In this document: positions 1-11,944 of the stretch, piece by piece
Position numbering within the stretch: the first letter of the stretch is position 1
Layout: each line of letters opens with the position of its first letter
Source of the DNA: Anthoceros angustus
Taxonomy: Eukaryota; Plantae; Anthocerotophyta
Direction: 5' to 3'
Assembly: GCA_010909165.1 (NCBI GenBank)
Contig: MU008177.1
Span: 124,001-188,000, forward strand
DNA: 64,000 nt
The notes under the pieces: generated by a model
Database searches by the model: none
What the model was told of the DNA's origin: nothing
What the model saw: only the letters and a program-made list of their open reading frames with translations
Translations under genes and position numbers: made by a program

Positions 1-2213
1 GCGGTGTCACAATAAATACCGGAAACTTTATCTCTGAGGCAGTGAATAAGGCTTTGACCGGTTCCACTGCTGTTGCCAAGGTAGATTCATCGACAAAAGA
101 TCAGCGGTGTTCATCTTCCGTGTCACTGCATTTCCATTATCGAAACGTTTGATTTTCCTTGAGTTCTATCAGGGTTTAGCAAGTCTAACCATTGGTTTGT
201 CTTCTCTCGTTGCAGAGATACGTCGCAGACCTCGGCAATGCTTGGCCAGTACTGGTAGTGTGTGGTGTGATCGCCCCGTTTCTGCTCTCTGTGGCTTGGC
301 TGCTCTTAATTCGGTACTTTGTGGGAGTGGTGGCCTGGGTAACAATCGCTCTCTTCAATATCCTGATGATTATCGTCACGGTCTTCTTCTACATCAAAGG
401 TTCTGCCTTGTTCTTCCATCTGAGAGTCGCTGTTGTACTTACTGCATTTGAATTTGGGAGAGGGGGGAGGGTGCGGGGTTCCTATGACAGGGACACTAAA
501 TCGTATTTTGGGTTGTACAGCTGGATGGATCGGTCACGACGCAGTTTCTGCAGTAATAGGGAGTAATGCAGCCGACGCTCTGCCATTAGACGCCTCCTCA
601 ACGGTAGCTAGCCTGTACATCTGGCAGATTTTGGCCGTTGCTCTATTGTACAGCACCTTAACTGTTCTGCAAACTCACTGTTGTGCAGGAGCAGAAGCAC
701 TTGAAGATTGTTGCCGTCATAATGACTATTATCACTGTGCTAACAATTTTGATCACAATCGTCCTCATCAGGCGACTTGTTATTGCCATAGCTGTCATTA
801 AGGTAAGCAGATGGTGAAGTTAAGTAGCAGCAGATGAAAAGCACCTATGCGCTAGCGTAGTGACTCTTACGAATGCATGCATGTGTGCAGGTTGCAGCCA
901 AGTCTCTTGGAGCTATCCCCACTCTCACCATCTACCCAATCATTCCTTTCGTCGGAACTTTTGTGTTTGGCATTTACTGGGTGGTAGCTGCTCTGTACCT
1001 CTTCAGTGCTGGGACTGTTCGGCAGAACAGTTGCAATGGCGGCTGCCAGGCCTACAGCCTGGCCACGGGGACTCTCAGCAGTGAAGGATGTTGCGGATAC
1101 GAAATTCACTACGCCAAGAACATAGGATGGGCAATTTTCTACCACATATTTGGTTTTTTCTGGACCGTCCAGTTCATCATCGCATGCTCTCTCACCACCA
1201 TTGCTGGAGCAGTCGCTGCCTACTACTGGTCTCGGGGGGAGATCTCGGTTAGTCATCCAGTTCCCAGCAATCCCAGATTTTCCAGTTCCTGATTGGTCTG
1301 TCCTTTTCTCATCTCTGTCGTCTTAATGACTGCAGATTATCTCCGACTTCCCCTTACTGAAGTCTGCAAAGCGGGTGCTCCGTTACAGCCTGGGATCCAT
1401 GGCTCTGGGTTCCCTTGTGGTTGCTATAATAGAAATGATCCGCTTCATCCTGGAATGGATCCGCACCAAGCTCAAAGCATTAGAGGCAGCTCCTGGGGGT
1501 TGCTGCATCACCGTACTGTGCTGCTGCGCTCAGTGTTGTCTCGGCTGCATCGAGTGGACCGTAAAGTTCATCAACCGCAATGCTTACGTTGTGGTAAGAT
1601 AACAATGCAACCACCCCCCACATCATTCACGGCGCATGTCGTGTACTTTAAACGCCAACTAACTCATCCGTGTCCGTGACGGCTGCAGATTGCCGTGACC
1701 GGAACCGGCTTTTGCCGTGCTGCTGGCAGGGCCACCTCCTTGATCATCAGCAACATCCTCCGAGTGGGGGTAGTTAACGTGATCGGCGATGTCATGCTCT
1801 TCATCGGCAAGATCACCGTGAGCCTTGCTGCAGCCGTGTTCGCCTTCCTCATGCTGGATCAGCACCGGTTCAAGTCCGGCAGCAACAAAGTGTCGTCCCC
1901 TCTCTTCCCCGTCCTGGTGACCACTCCTTCCTTGCTTTTCCTGCTCCGCTCAGGATTATGATCCAGGTTGTTTTCCTTATGAGTTAACCCTAAACCTCGC
2001 CCCTTGCCATTGCAGTTCTGCTGGCTCACCGGATACATCGTAGCAGCCATGTTCTTCGCAGTGGTGGAGATGGCCATCGACACAATTCTGCTCTCCTTCT
2101 GCGAGGACTGCGAGGAGAACAACGGCAACGCACTACACGCCCCGCCCCTGCTCATGGACACTCTGAACCAGCACAAGCTCCTCTCGGACGACATTCAACG
2201 CCAGCAACTGTAA
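1..2213 (+). CDS. CTL1: Choline transporter-like protein (CTL/SLC44 family), multi-exon, 5' part outside window
   Basis: Spliced ORF pieces RYVADLGNAWPVLVVCG...YIK|AGWIGHDAVSAVIG, VAAKSLGAIPTLTIYP, IACSLTTIAGAVAAYYW, RYSLGSMALGSLVVAIIE...KFINRNAYV, IAVTGTGFCRAA...RVGVVNVIGD and AMFFAVVEMAIDTILLSFCEDCEE match plant CTL1/CHER1; GT-AG introns; stop TAA at 2211-2213. Confidence 0.93.
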
Positions 2214-3214
2214 CCATTTGCCACTGCCGCTGGGTAGAATTTTCTGCACCCGGTACCGGCCTTAATTACTATTTTTTTGTATATTCCGCGTCAGTAAAGT
2301 TGTTCTCCCTCGTCCCAGTCCACTTGAAACATAAGTGCGTCCCAAGCGCCTGCTGCCCCACATGTTCCACGGGCGGCGTCCAGGCCATGTGCTTCGTGAG
2401 AAAGCGTGAGAGCGAGCTTCCTCGGAAGCATCCCCCGGCCCCACCCTGGCGACAACCGGATTCCCGTGCCTCGCCACCTCACGCGCGTTTCCGGCTGTTT
2501 CGTCTTGTCATTGCATTTTTTAAGTAAAACCTCCCAGAAATTCACACCAGTTGTTTCTCGTACATACATACCTCCCACATGATAGTTCAACAGCGGTCCA
2601 TCTAATAAGCCTCCATGACATGCAAGAGAACTTCATTCCGCCCCTACTGCTCTCTTTTCTGCTTTCTCTACTATTATTGGATGGAAAGATGTATCACCCA
2701 GAGTATTATTAATAAATATATTCTTCAGAAAATATTTGAAATAAATTAATATTTTAATGATTAGCATGGGTCATCTCTTTGCTAGGAAGAGATGAGTCAT
2801 CTCTTCTTAGAAGCCTCCAAGTAGCACATATGTAGTAAGATACTTCTTAAAATTAATTTTTTTATTAAATATTTCTTATATAAATTATCAAAATATAAAT
2901 TATATAAAATTTAAAATTAATGTAAAAGAATTTGGTAAGAAACGTGGGAAAAGGTGGCACAAAACACCGGAGGAAACTGGGGCTATCAACTCACCTACGT
3001 ACAAGTAGCTTGATACGTGAATTATATGTAGTCAAAGAGGTAGTCGTGGGTGTGAATGGGTCGTATTTACCGTGTAAGATATGTATGTATTGATCTAACG
3101 TCGGGTCCCTCAGGGGCGAGTGAGTGCGAGAATCGGGCTCAAGTAGGTGAAAGACGGGGTGTGGTGCTCATAGCGGTACATTGTGGCGACGTCCACCTCA
3201 CCGGAAGCAGCGAG

Positions 3215-3222
3215 GGTCGGGC

Positions 3223-3254
<32 letters not shown>

Positions 3255-3256
3255 TC
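3215..3256. repeat. (CGGGGT)n microsatellite upstream of the MYC gene
   Basis: About 5-6 copies of CGGGGT/CGGGT read directly. Confidence 0.85.
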
Positions 3257-3677
3257 AGCGTCGGGGCCAGGATCAGGGTTGGAGCCGGGTCGTGAGCAGG
3301 TGCGAAATGTCGAGGGTTGGCAGCGGCGTCCCTGCTCCGCTCCTGCTCCTGCTCCTGCGTCTTGTGTGTCTTGCCATGCCGTGCTGCCATGGCTGCTGCG
3401 TGTTGAGTGAGCAGCACAACATGGAGCATTGCACCCGATCCTGCCTGCACGCCGCGGATGGTGACGAGCAGGGCTTCGGCTGAACCCTGAACGAGCAAGC
3501 CGAGCTCCGCCATTCTCAGGTATGCTTTCACGGCCAAGAAGGGCCTGCCGTGGCTCGTGAGCTCGGTTGTGGTGTTGGCTGTGTTGCAGCTGGCTGACGG
3601 TGTTGTTGTGTGGACTGGGGGCTGCAGGGAGGTGATCCGAGGGTAGGGCGGGGGCCGAGGAAGGGAGGCAGGGCACG

Positions 3678-5675
3678 ATGGATGCGGCGAGGATAGGGAG
3701 CTGGGACGACATGATCCAAGAAAGCTTCTGGGCCGGCTCGGTGGACACGGGCGGGGATCCGGGGCCGGACGAGGCCAGGGAATCGCCGGTGCAGCTCAAG
3801 CTGCGGGCGCTGATGGAGAATGTGTGCGACGCGCGCTGGACCTATTCCATCTTCTGGCAGCTGACGGGGGCAGGCACGGCGCCCGGCCAGCGGACGCTGG
3901 GGTGGGGAGACGGGGAATTGCGGCGGAAGGAGTCGGACATGCAGACGGAGCGGACGGTGGACAGCGAGCAGCAGGCGGCCAGAGTCCGGGTTCTGCAGGA
4001 GCTGGAGCTGATTGTGAACCGCGGGGTGCGGGATACCAGCCAGGACCTGTCGCAGGATTTTGTGTCGGATACGGAGTGGTTCTTCCTGTACAGCATGTTG
4101 CAGACCATTGCGGAGGGGAGCTGCGTGCCCGGGAGGGCTTTGATGAAGGCCAGCTATGAGTGGCTCAACGAGCCGGCCAACCCGGAGCTGTGTGACCGGG
4201 CAAGGTTTGCGGAGATGGCGGGCTTGCAGACTATTGTGGCTTTGCCGGTGTCGCATGGGGTTGTGGAGCTTGGTTCTACCGAGCGCATCTTGCCGGATGC
4301 GGGGTTTATCGATAGGGTGGAGCAGCTGTTTGAGAGAGGGGATGCCCGCGCGGCCTGGCAGGTCGGGGACTACCACATGCCGCCTGCGAATGAGGAGGTG
4401 GAGACGCTGTCGTACCTCAACTCGGACTTCTTTGGGAATGGAAACGGGGTGCCTCAGGCCATGTGCCACCCTAAGGAGCACGACTACAACCAGCAGCAGC
4501 AGGTCAGGCAGTTTCCGGCCCAGCAACAGGTGATGACGGCTTCTGCTGCTGACGACTTTTTTGGGGAGTATTTTCCCTTTCTGAATTCCATGGGCATGGA
4601 CATCCCCACCTTCCACCAGAACCCCTTTGCCATGCCTGAACAGAAGGGATACGGTGTGCCGCAGCCCAGGATACATGTCGAGATACAGGCTCACACTCAG
4701 TGTCCGCTGGGGGCCGGTGAGATTCTGAACCCGACGGCGGCTGTGGTTGCCCGCGCACAGCCGCTGTCGCTCAAGCCTGAGGTGGCTCCTGCCCAGAATG
4801 GGCTGCACATGTTGCAGGACAAGCCTCAGCATGTGAAGCAGCAGTACTCCGAGGGTTTGGGGCTCCCCTCTGCCACCAACATGGGCTCCAGCATTGAACC
4901 GGATCAAGAAATCGACTCTGAGGCTGAGGTTTCCTTCAAGGAATCTGTGGAGAGCAGTCTCATCAACGGTCAGAAGCCTCCGCGCAAGCGAGGTCGAAAA
5001 CCGGCTAACAACAGGGAGGAGCCTTTGAACCATGTGCAAGCTGAGAGGCAGCGTCGTGAGAAGCTGAATCAGCGCTTCTATGCTCTCAGGTCTGTGGTGC
5101 CCAATGTTTCCAAGATGGACAAAGCGTCCTTGTTAGGTGATGCCATTGCGTACATCAAGGACTTGCAAGCCAAGTTGCAAGATTCGGAGGTCAAGATCAA
5201 GACTTTGCAGACGCAAGCGCCGCCGCAGATGGACAAGGCAGCCATGGATGCGGCCTCCAAGGGTGATCAGGAGGCTGGGAACACTGGAGCAGTACCCGGT
5301 GGAAGGTTGATGTCAGTGAGCAATCGGGTTCCACCAGATCAGAAACCGTCCATTCAGGTTGACATCTGTGGTATGGAGGTGTTCATCAGAGTTCGGTATC
5401 AGAGGGAAGCGTATCCTATCACACACCTGCTGTCAAGCTTGCAAGACTTGCAGTTGGACGTCAGAGATGCAAATATTTCTACTGTGGACGGCTCCACCGT
5501 CCATCATGTTGTGTCAGCCAAGTTGAAAAAGGAGCATGAAGAAATTAAGAAAGAACTGTTTGTGGAGGCTCTGGACAGAGCATTTCAGTTTACTCCCTTG
5601 CCTACCAAGCCAGACAATGGGAGCATTGGCAACAGCAAGCAACCTAGTACAAGATTTGCAGAACCTCAGAGGTAG
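3678..5675 (+). CDS. MYC2: MYC2-like bHLH transcription factor (subgroup IIId/e), intronless, 665 aa
   Basis: bHLH-MYC_N motifs ([46 protein letters not shown]) plus [54 protein letters not shown] bHLH and an ACT-like C-terminus. Confidence 0.95.
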   Translation: MDAARIGSWDDMIQESFWAGSVDTGGDPGPDEARESPVQLKLRALMENVCDARWTYSIFWQLTGAGTAPGQRTLGWGDGELRRKESDMQTERTVDSEQQAARVRVLQELELIVNRGVRDTSQDLSQDFVSDTEWFFLYSMLQTIAEGSCVPGRALMKASYEWLNEPANPELCDRARFAEMAGLQTIVALPVSHGVVELGSTERILPDAGFIDRVEQLFERGDARAAWQVGDYHMPPANEEVETLSYLNSDFFGNGNGVPQAMCHPKEHDYNQQQQVRQFPAQQQVMTASAADDFFGEYFPFLNSMGMDIPTFHQNPFAMPEQKGYGVPQPRIHVEIQAHTQCPLGAGEILNPTAAVVARAQPLSLKPEVAPAQNGLHMLQDKPQHVKQQYSEGLGLPSATNMGSSIEPDQEIDSEAEVSFKESVESSLINGQKPPRKRGRKPANNREEPLNHVQAERQRREKLNQRFYALRSVVPNVSKMDKASLLGDAIAYIKDLQAKLQDSEVKIKTLQTQAPPQMDKAAMDAASKGDQEAGNTGAVPGGRLMSVSNRVPPDQKPSIQVDICGMEVFIRVRYQREAYPITHLLSSLQDLQLDVRDANISTVDGSTVHHVVSAKLKKEHEEIKKELFVEALDRAFQFTPLPTKPDNGSIGNSKQPSTRFAEPQR

Positions 5676-6506
5676 ATATTCTGTCAGCGAACATAAAGTG
5701 GTGTCCTCCTCCTTGTAGAAAGAGTGCCTTGTCTAGTCGGGTGCTGAAGTTAGCTGTAGAGAGAAAGATGGAGTTGACCCTATCTCTTGTATGATGCAGG
5801 AGGCCTGTACACTAAGCGTACTCTGTAAGATGGGTGGGATAGCATCCGTTTAGTGGTGCCTGCAGAGGGTGAGGAGCGTATGCTTCTCAGGCTTATGTTC
5901 CTCTTGCACCTACTGGGATACAATTTATTCAGGGTGCGTGGTAGGTAACAGGCCTCCGAACTTGTAAATCAGCTTGTTGCTCCTCTTGTTTCAGAAGAGG
6001 AAAGTTTGCCAGCCTTCGAATTAAATTTATTTTGCCTCTCTCTTGTGCGTGTGTGCAACAGATTCATCTACTGGGGGAAACCACCTACAAACGGGGGCAC
6101 ATGTGCCAATTCATGTACAAAGGGGCTAAGCTGGGGGATGTATCAGTTGGTGGTTTGTGGGCATCTCTCGACCTATTCAAGGCTATATGTAAGGGAAACT
6201 TTTGGCACATGTAGACAATTATATGGAGGGTAGAATGTCGTACGCAGGGTCGGAGCATGATCCCTGTATAACAGAATGCGCTGCTACTTGTTGGAAAGTG
6301 ATCATGTAACATAACACATCTGAATATCGGCTGGGTAGTTGAGACGGGGCAATTCTTAGGTGGGGGTGGTATGATGTTAGATGAAGCCAATGGCAGGTCT
6401 CGCGTGTGGGACAAGGTTCTGGGGCAATAAATGCTACCCACAAGTCTCAGACTCTCATCAAACCCACACCTTATGATGATATCAGGATGGAAAAGCTTGA
6501 TACCAC

Positions 6507-9274
6507 TTATTCCCAATGCTCACCCTCACTCTCGTTACCCACTTTATTATCCCCTATCCTTGCTCTCGCTGTTACTTGGAATGCCGGAATTTGCAACGCG
6601 AAGCGACGTGGAGAGTCGGTCGTGTATTCCCCCACCGGCTCGCTCACTTGCAGCCGCTCCGACAGGACCCGAGTGACGACCGTCATAGTCGGGCGCGCAT
6701 GGCGGACGGCGGCCAGGCAAGCCGCGGCCAGGCGCAGCAGCAGGTGCAGGTCTGGCGCGTAGTACAGCCCCTCCAACCGAGGATCGACGACCGAGTCCGC
6801 GGCCGCCCGCCCCGCCAACCAGGGCGCCGCCCAGACCGTGAGCATCCGCCCGTCCAAAAACGCCGGTCGCCCGCTCACCAGCTCCAGCAGCAGCACCCCG
6901 AAGCTGTAGACGTCGCTCTTGGCGGAGCACAACCCGGACTCCTCGTAAGCCGGGTCGATGCACCCGGGGGATCCCCGCACCAGCGTGTGCTGCTCGGACC
7001 CCCCCGTGTTGTTGCTACCCGGCGTCGGCCCGGCCGAGGCCTTGGACAGCCCGAAGTCCGCCAGCTTCGCCACGCCCCACTTGGACAGCAGCACGTTCGC
7101 CGATTTCACGTCCCGATGCAGCACCTGCGGGTTGCACCCGTGGTGCAAGTACTCCAGCGCGCTTGACACCTCCAACGCCACCTTCATCCGGCACCTCCAC
7201 GGCAGCACGTTATCCGGCTGGTTGTGCAGCCGGTCGAACAGGCTCCCTCCTTCCAGGTACTCGAAAACGAGTGGCCATGGCTCTGTATTTGTCGTTGGTC
7301 AGTGCATGCAAGACAGTCAGTCGGCAAAGACCCTCGCGTGGGAGGAGGGAGGTTCAGACAGAGTTCGAATCCGGGTCGCGCTCCGCTTACCAGCATCCGA
7401 GCAGTAGCCGATGAGATTGACGAGGTAGCGGTGATGGATCCTCATGAGAATGCTGGCTTCCTTGACGGACACATCCGCCTTGGACTTGGCCTTGCTGGCG
7501 GTGTCCACCCGACTCACCTTCACGGCTCCGAGGCTCCCGTCCGGGAAGGTGGCGCGGTAGACGACGCCGTAGCCCCCGGCTCCCACCCGAGTGCTGAAGC
7601 CGTCCGTGGCCTTGTCCAGCTCCTTCCACGTGAAGGGGCGCACCTTGGACATGGCCACGGCGTCGTCTGCCGCGCCCGAGAGCGGGGGCTTGGATGTGCT
7701 GCCGCGGCAAAACCGCACGGCACAGCACGCCAGGCCCAGCAGCAGCACGCCGAGGGAGGCGGGGGTTATGAGCAGCAGCAGGAGGAAGGCGGGGTGGCGG
7801 CGGGCTCGGGAGGCAGGGTGGTTGTTGAGGTCCGGGGGGGAGGCAACGATGGCGTTGAGCCTGACGTCGTCGATGGCCGGCCCGCACTGCGAGGCGGTGT
7901 CGGATTCTAGGGCATCCCTGGAGAAGGCGATGACGACGGGGTTGGCCAGCGTCGTGAGGTTGAGCCGGCGAGAGGTCCAGCCCATGGTGGAGTCGGTGTT
8001 CTTTCCGGCGTCGTAGGTGAAATTGGTATGGCCTTGCGGCACGGCGTTGTAGAGCTGCACGCGGAGGTGGCGCAGGGTGGAGTTGGGGCAGTGGGTGTCC
8101 GAGCGCGGGTGGCCGGACATCTTGAACGTGAGGGTGAAGTTAGAGTTGGGCGGCAGGGTCAGGGTCTGCGAGATGGCCGCCGACCCGTAGCCGGCCATGG
8201 CGCAGCTGAGGTGGATGGAGCTCTCCCCACTGGACGCATACCACTTCAACTGCTTCACGTACTCGATGCACAGGTTATGCAGCGGATCGGAATCCCTGTC
8301 CAAGGAGGCGTTCAAGTGCGCCGCCATCTCCGCGTCCCGCACCACCTGCCATGACCTGATGGGGAAGAGCGTGAGCCGGTCCGCGATGGTGAAAGAGCCC
8401 TGCCCCCTGTCCACCCGCACCGTCGTGTGCTCGAAGCTTCCGTCCCGGATGAAGTTGATGGTAGGATCGGGACTCGCAACCGGCACTACCTCATGCGACT
8501 GCAACTGCCACACGCACACACACGCACACACGGGCACAAAACAAACGTTGTGAATCCACACGAATTCCGCTTCCGCACAAGGCCGCGGGAGTACACCAAA
8601 CGGAACGGCGGCATTACCTGCGGCACGGAGGAATAGGCGTAGTAGCTGTCGACAGGCAAGACCCTGAAGAAGGAAGTGAGCGAGCTGTTAGGTTGCAGAA
8701 ACAGGTGGTACTTCCCTCCCCCACCACTACTGTTACCCGCGATGAGCAGCGGCTGGGACCAAGAGATCCCGCTCTGCACCGACCCATCATCCAGAAAGTG
8801 CCACTGCTGTGCCTGCGAGCCCGAATTGCACGCCCGGAGCTCGAGCTGGAACGGGAACGGATCGCCCTCGCCCTCGGGGCGGGGCACCCCGGCCACGCAC
8901 ACGTCGGGGCCGGTGATGTTGGCGTGATCCCGCATAACGATGGCCCCGGACTGCTCCCGGGACCCGGAGACGTAGGTCCATACTTCGTTGGGCTCGAACG
9001 CCCAGCAGGGGTAGATCCCGACCTTCAGCTTCTGGTAGGTGGTGAGATTCGAGGGATGCGGTCCCGTGAAGGCGTTGAGGCAGAGGCGGCAGACGGGGAG
9101 CCCGCTCGACTCCTCCGGCTTCCCTAGGATGATCCACGACCGCTGCCCGTCCGAGTCCGCGCTCACCCCGCTCCCGATCGCCGTGGCGATGGCCGGGACC
9201 CGGGCCCGGGCCCCGGCGCACAGCAGCAGCGCTGCCAGCAGCAGCGCCGCGGCCCAGCTCCGCATCGTGCCCAA
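6507..9274 (-). CDS. Receptor-like kinase: signal peptide - ricin-B-type lectin - DUF642/choice-of-anchor-C galactose-binding-like domain - TM - RD Ser/Thr kinase
   Basis: Exons ~9274-8618, ~8498-7391 and 7282-6507 with compatible phases. Signal peptide (WAAALLLAALLLCAGARA); QxW-like repeats (LCLN...C...NEVW; VCV...LRAC...AQQW); DGSFE...ISQTL...MGW...CGPAIDDV domain; TM; kinase motifs GAGGYGVVY, AVK, HRDVKSANVLL, DFGLS, GCIDPAY, DVYSFG. Confidence 0.88.
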
Positions 9275-10184
9275 TGCTACGCCTAGCCGCGCGGCTCAAC
9301 TAGCGGACTCCGGCCGGGGGCCGGGGTCGTCCAGGCTGTTGCCTCGGACAGCGGACGGCACCGGGGATGGACCCGAGGTTCTTGCGTTGCTGCGCGGCCA
9401 AGTGTCGTTAAACACCATGAAACGACAGACGCTGTCGACGAACAACCTCACAACATTGCTCCTGCCTTTTATCTCGTCCAAGAGATTCAACTTGGAGTGA
9501 TTGGCCAGCAAGAGGGTAGGGACTTCATCACCTGGGCTTCTTTCAACCAACACGCCAGTGTGCGTGCGCTTCCTGTGTTGGTGGAAATCGGGTGCCAGTC
9601 AGAACTGCGCACATGTGATACACTTCCTGCAATGGACAGCGTGGGATCGCTAGCCGGTTCGTTGTTCATTCCAGAAAATGTGTGAATGTGTGAATTCCCA
9701 CCTGACCCTTTCCTCTTGCATCCTGAAAGCTGTGTTTCCATCTGCCAACGAATTAAGCATACACACCTTATGTGGAATCACACGCGTAATTAGAATTTAT
9801 CACGAAAACATCTTGTACACAACAATGTCCCTAGGGGATCTGAATATCTGCGCAGAGAGAGGGCGAGGGCGAGTTGCAAGAGGAGCGTTTGCCTGCAGAG
9901 CAGGGCCGATGGGGCTGTAATGACGAAGCACCTTCAACTACGGCTCACCTCAGCTTCTCGAATTTGTCAAGGTGAGTTAAAAGGTACATATATGAACATA
10001 TGAACAATTTGGGCAGCTGCCACGATGCTATACCCTATGTGCGGCAACTCGCCAAAAAAAAACCTAGAAGCACACACAGGTCCGTAGGGACATAGGATGT
10101 TGGTTGGCTATGCCACGGACACATCTTTCAGCTGTTTGGGGCTGCATCCTTGTCAAGGTTGCTCTTCTGTCGCGGTTTCTGCTG

Positions 10185-11935
10185 TTCATGCGGGTTCATA
10201 ACCCCGAGGGTTTCGGCTTACCCAATTCCACTCATCACGGCACATATCTGCAATACCATATTGTGCCCTGGACCACGACATAGGTTTTTAACCCAGGGTC
10301 AGCCAGGTGCCCTCGAAATTTCCCCAATTTCAAACAACACTTGTAGCCAACTTACTTCCCACCCAAGCTCCGTTTCCGCCTTCCCTGTAGTCACAAATAT
10401 CTCAGCAACAGCCAATGGTAGTCGATCGCTTATTCTGATGGGAAGTTTCTGTGTGCAACAGTCAATTGAAATTTCACAATCAATCAAAACGGCCAGTATG
10501 GAATACCGATCTAGTCACACGGCATCACAGAAAGAAATAGTCCCGCCGCATACGGTGGAACTATTTTCGCATGTCATGCATGACCACATCGGTTGGGGCT
10601 GCGGCCCCCCGGTGTCCTGATGTGGTCAACCTATCCCATGGTACTTTTCTTCTTTTGGGGTTAGGGTTGCGTTGAGGTCATTTGCGTTGCCGTGCCATTG
10701 CAGCACGCAATATGCTATGTCCGCGACCGCGGCATCCACAATTTGTTAGGGTTGTCTTGGGTGAAGCCGCGCATCAGATGCAATTGCGTTGCTGCGCTCA
10801 TCGTCTGTGTTTGCGCGGCCGAAAGTGTGTTTGCCCTTACGCAAGGTCATGTTTGTTCGCATATAGGTCTGCAACGCTTCCTAGGCCACACACGGGGTGC
10901 AAGCCACATAGCACCAACTACCGAAACAAGCTTGTAAAGCAACAGAGAAGGGCTTTCATGAAAATCAGACACATACAATGCTTGCACCCAAAAAGCTTGC
11001 AGTGCACAAGCGCATGCCCAAAGGGCCCATCGGACTACATGGCCGCCCATGCCATCGATGCCACAACATTGACAGAGCATGCATATTCTACCGATGGTCT
11101 CGCCAGACAGTGAGCGAGAGCGCGAGCAGTGAGCGAGAGCGCGAGACCGCGAGATCGAGGCCATGAGCAAATGGGAACCGTGCACACGGGCCATACTTGC
11201 GAACTAAAATTTGTGTATGTATGTCTTGCCCGCATGTTTAACATGTATGTGTATTGATGGGACCGAAACCCTAAAGAATACATTTGCATGACACAATCGG
11301 GACACCAGGGATATGAACGTGTGATACAAAGTTTTTTGCCCGCATACGAACGGCACAGAAGCTGATGTGGCACGTATTATAAGTGTATTATACGTAAGTA
11401 TCTAAAAGATGCCGTGGCATATTCCCGTAGCGTACACCGAAAAAAAAGAGAGTCACACACACGCTCCCATGTGACTAGATCGGTATTCCATAGGCCAGCT
11501 CACGATGTGTAGCATAGAATTGTCGAAAGACCCAGATGGAAACATACAGCGCCAGACGCTTTCTCGAACGCTACCACCAATTCCACAACAGACGTGCCAC
11601 GTCCAGTTCCCAGGCTGTAAATAGTGCAACCTGTGGTTTTACACAACAAAATGAGTAAACGCAAACACAATGACCTTCCTACCCGCCATTCGCCAGTTCC
11701 GCAATTGAAAAGCCGAGGCGTTACCAGCGTGAGAGGTGGAGAAGAGTTTGTGCAAGGCTGCACTGTCCCAAGTAGCCACATCCACCACATGAATGTAGTC
11801 TCGAACCTAAGTTTCATCAGAAGCAGCTAGTGCTGAGTATATATCAAGCGACACTAGCCACGAAACACAAAAAATTCCACACTCACCCTGTCCCGTCTCT
11901 CGTGGGGTGGTCATTCCCACAAACTAGTACTTCCG
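10185..11935 (-). pseudogene. UGE: 5'-truncated UDP-glucose 4-epimerase (UGE/GalE) pseudogene
   Basis: Five exon remnants with GT-AG borders: RPEVLVCGNDHPTRDGT (~11935-11888), [11 protein letters not shown]...AALHKLF (11806-11725), [26 protein letters not shown] (11630-11548), KLPIRI...AEIF..TGKAETELGW (10448-10356) and AQYGIADMCRDEWNWVSRNP (from 10267). Single-base phase errors occur at two junctions and conserved residues are altered. Confidence 0.85.
10497..11492. mobile_element. Non-autonomous DNA transposon, perfect 23-bp TIRs, 6-bp TSD (IS3EU-like)
   Basis: TATGGAATACCGATCTAGTCACA at 10497-10519 and its exact reverse complement at 11470-11492; GGCCAG direct repeat at 10491-10496 and 11493-11498. 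It lies in an intron of the UGE pseudogene and has no coding capacity I can recognise. Confidence 0.88.
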
Positions 11936-11944
11936 GCCTCGTGG

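Noticed and set aside
2640-2940. AT-rich block with a small AAGAGATGA-G-TCATCTCTT hairpin as a MITE
   Set aside because: No convincing terminal inverted repeats or TSD.
3528-5039. 503-aa minus-strand ORF
   Set aside because: Antisense shadow of the GC-rich MYC2 CDS; no recognisable motifs.
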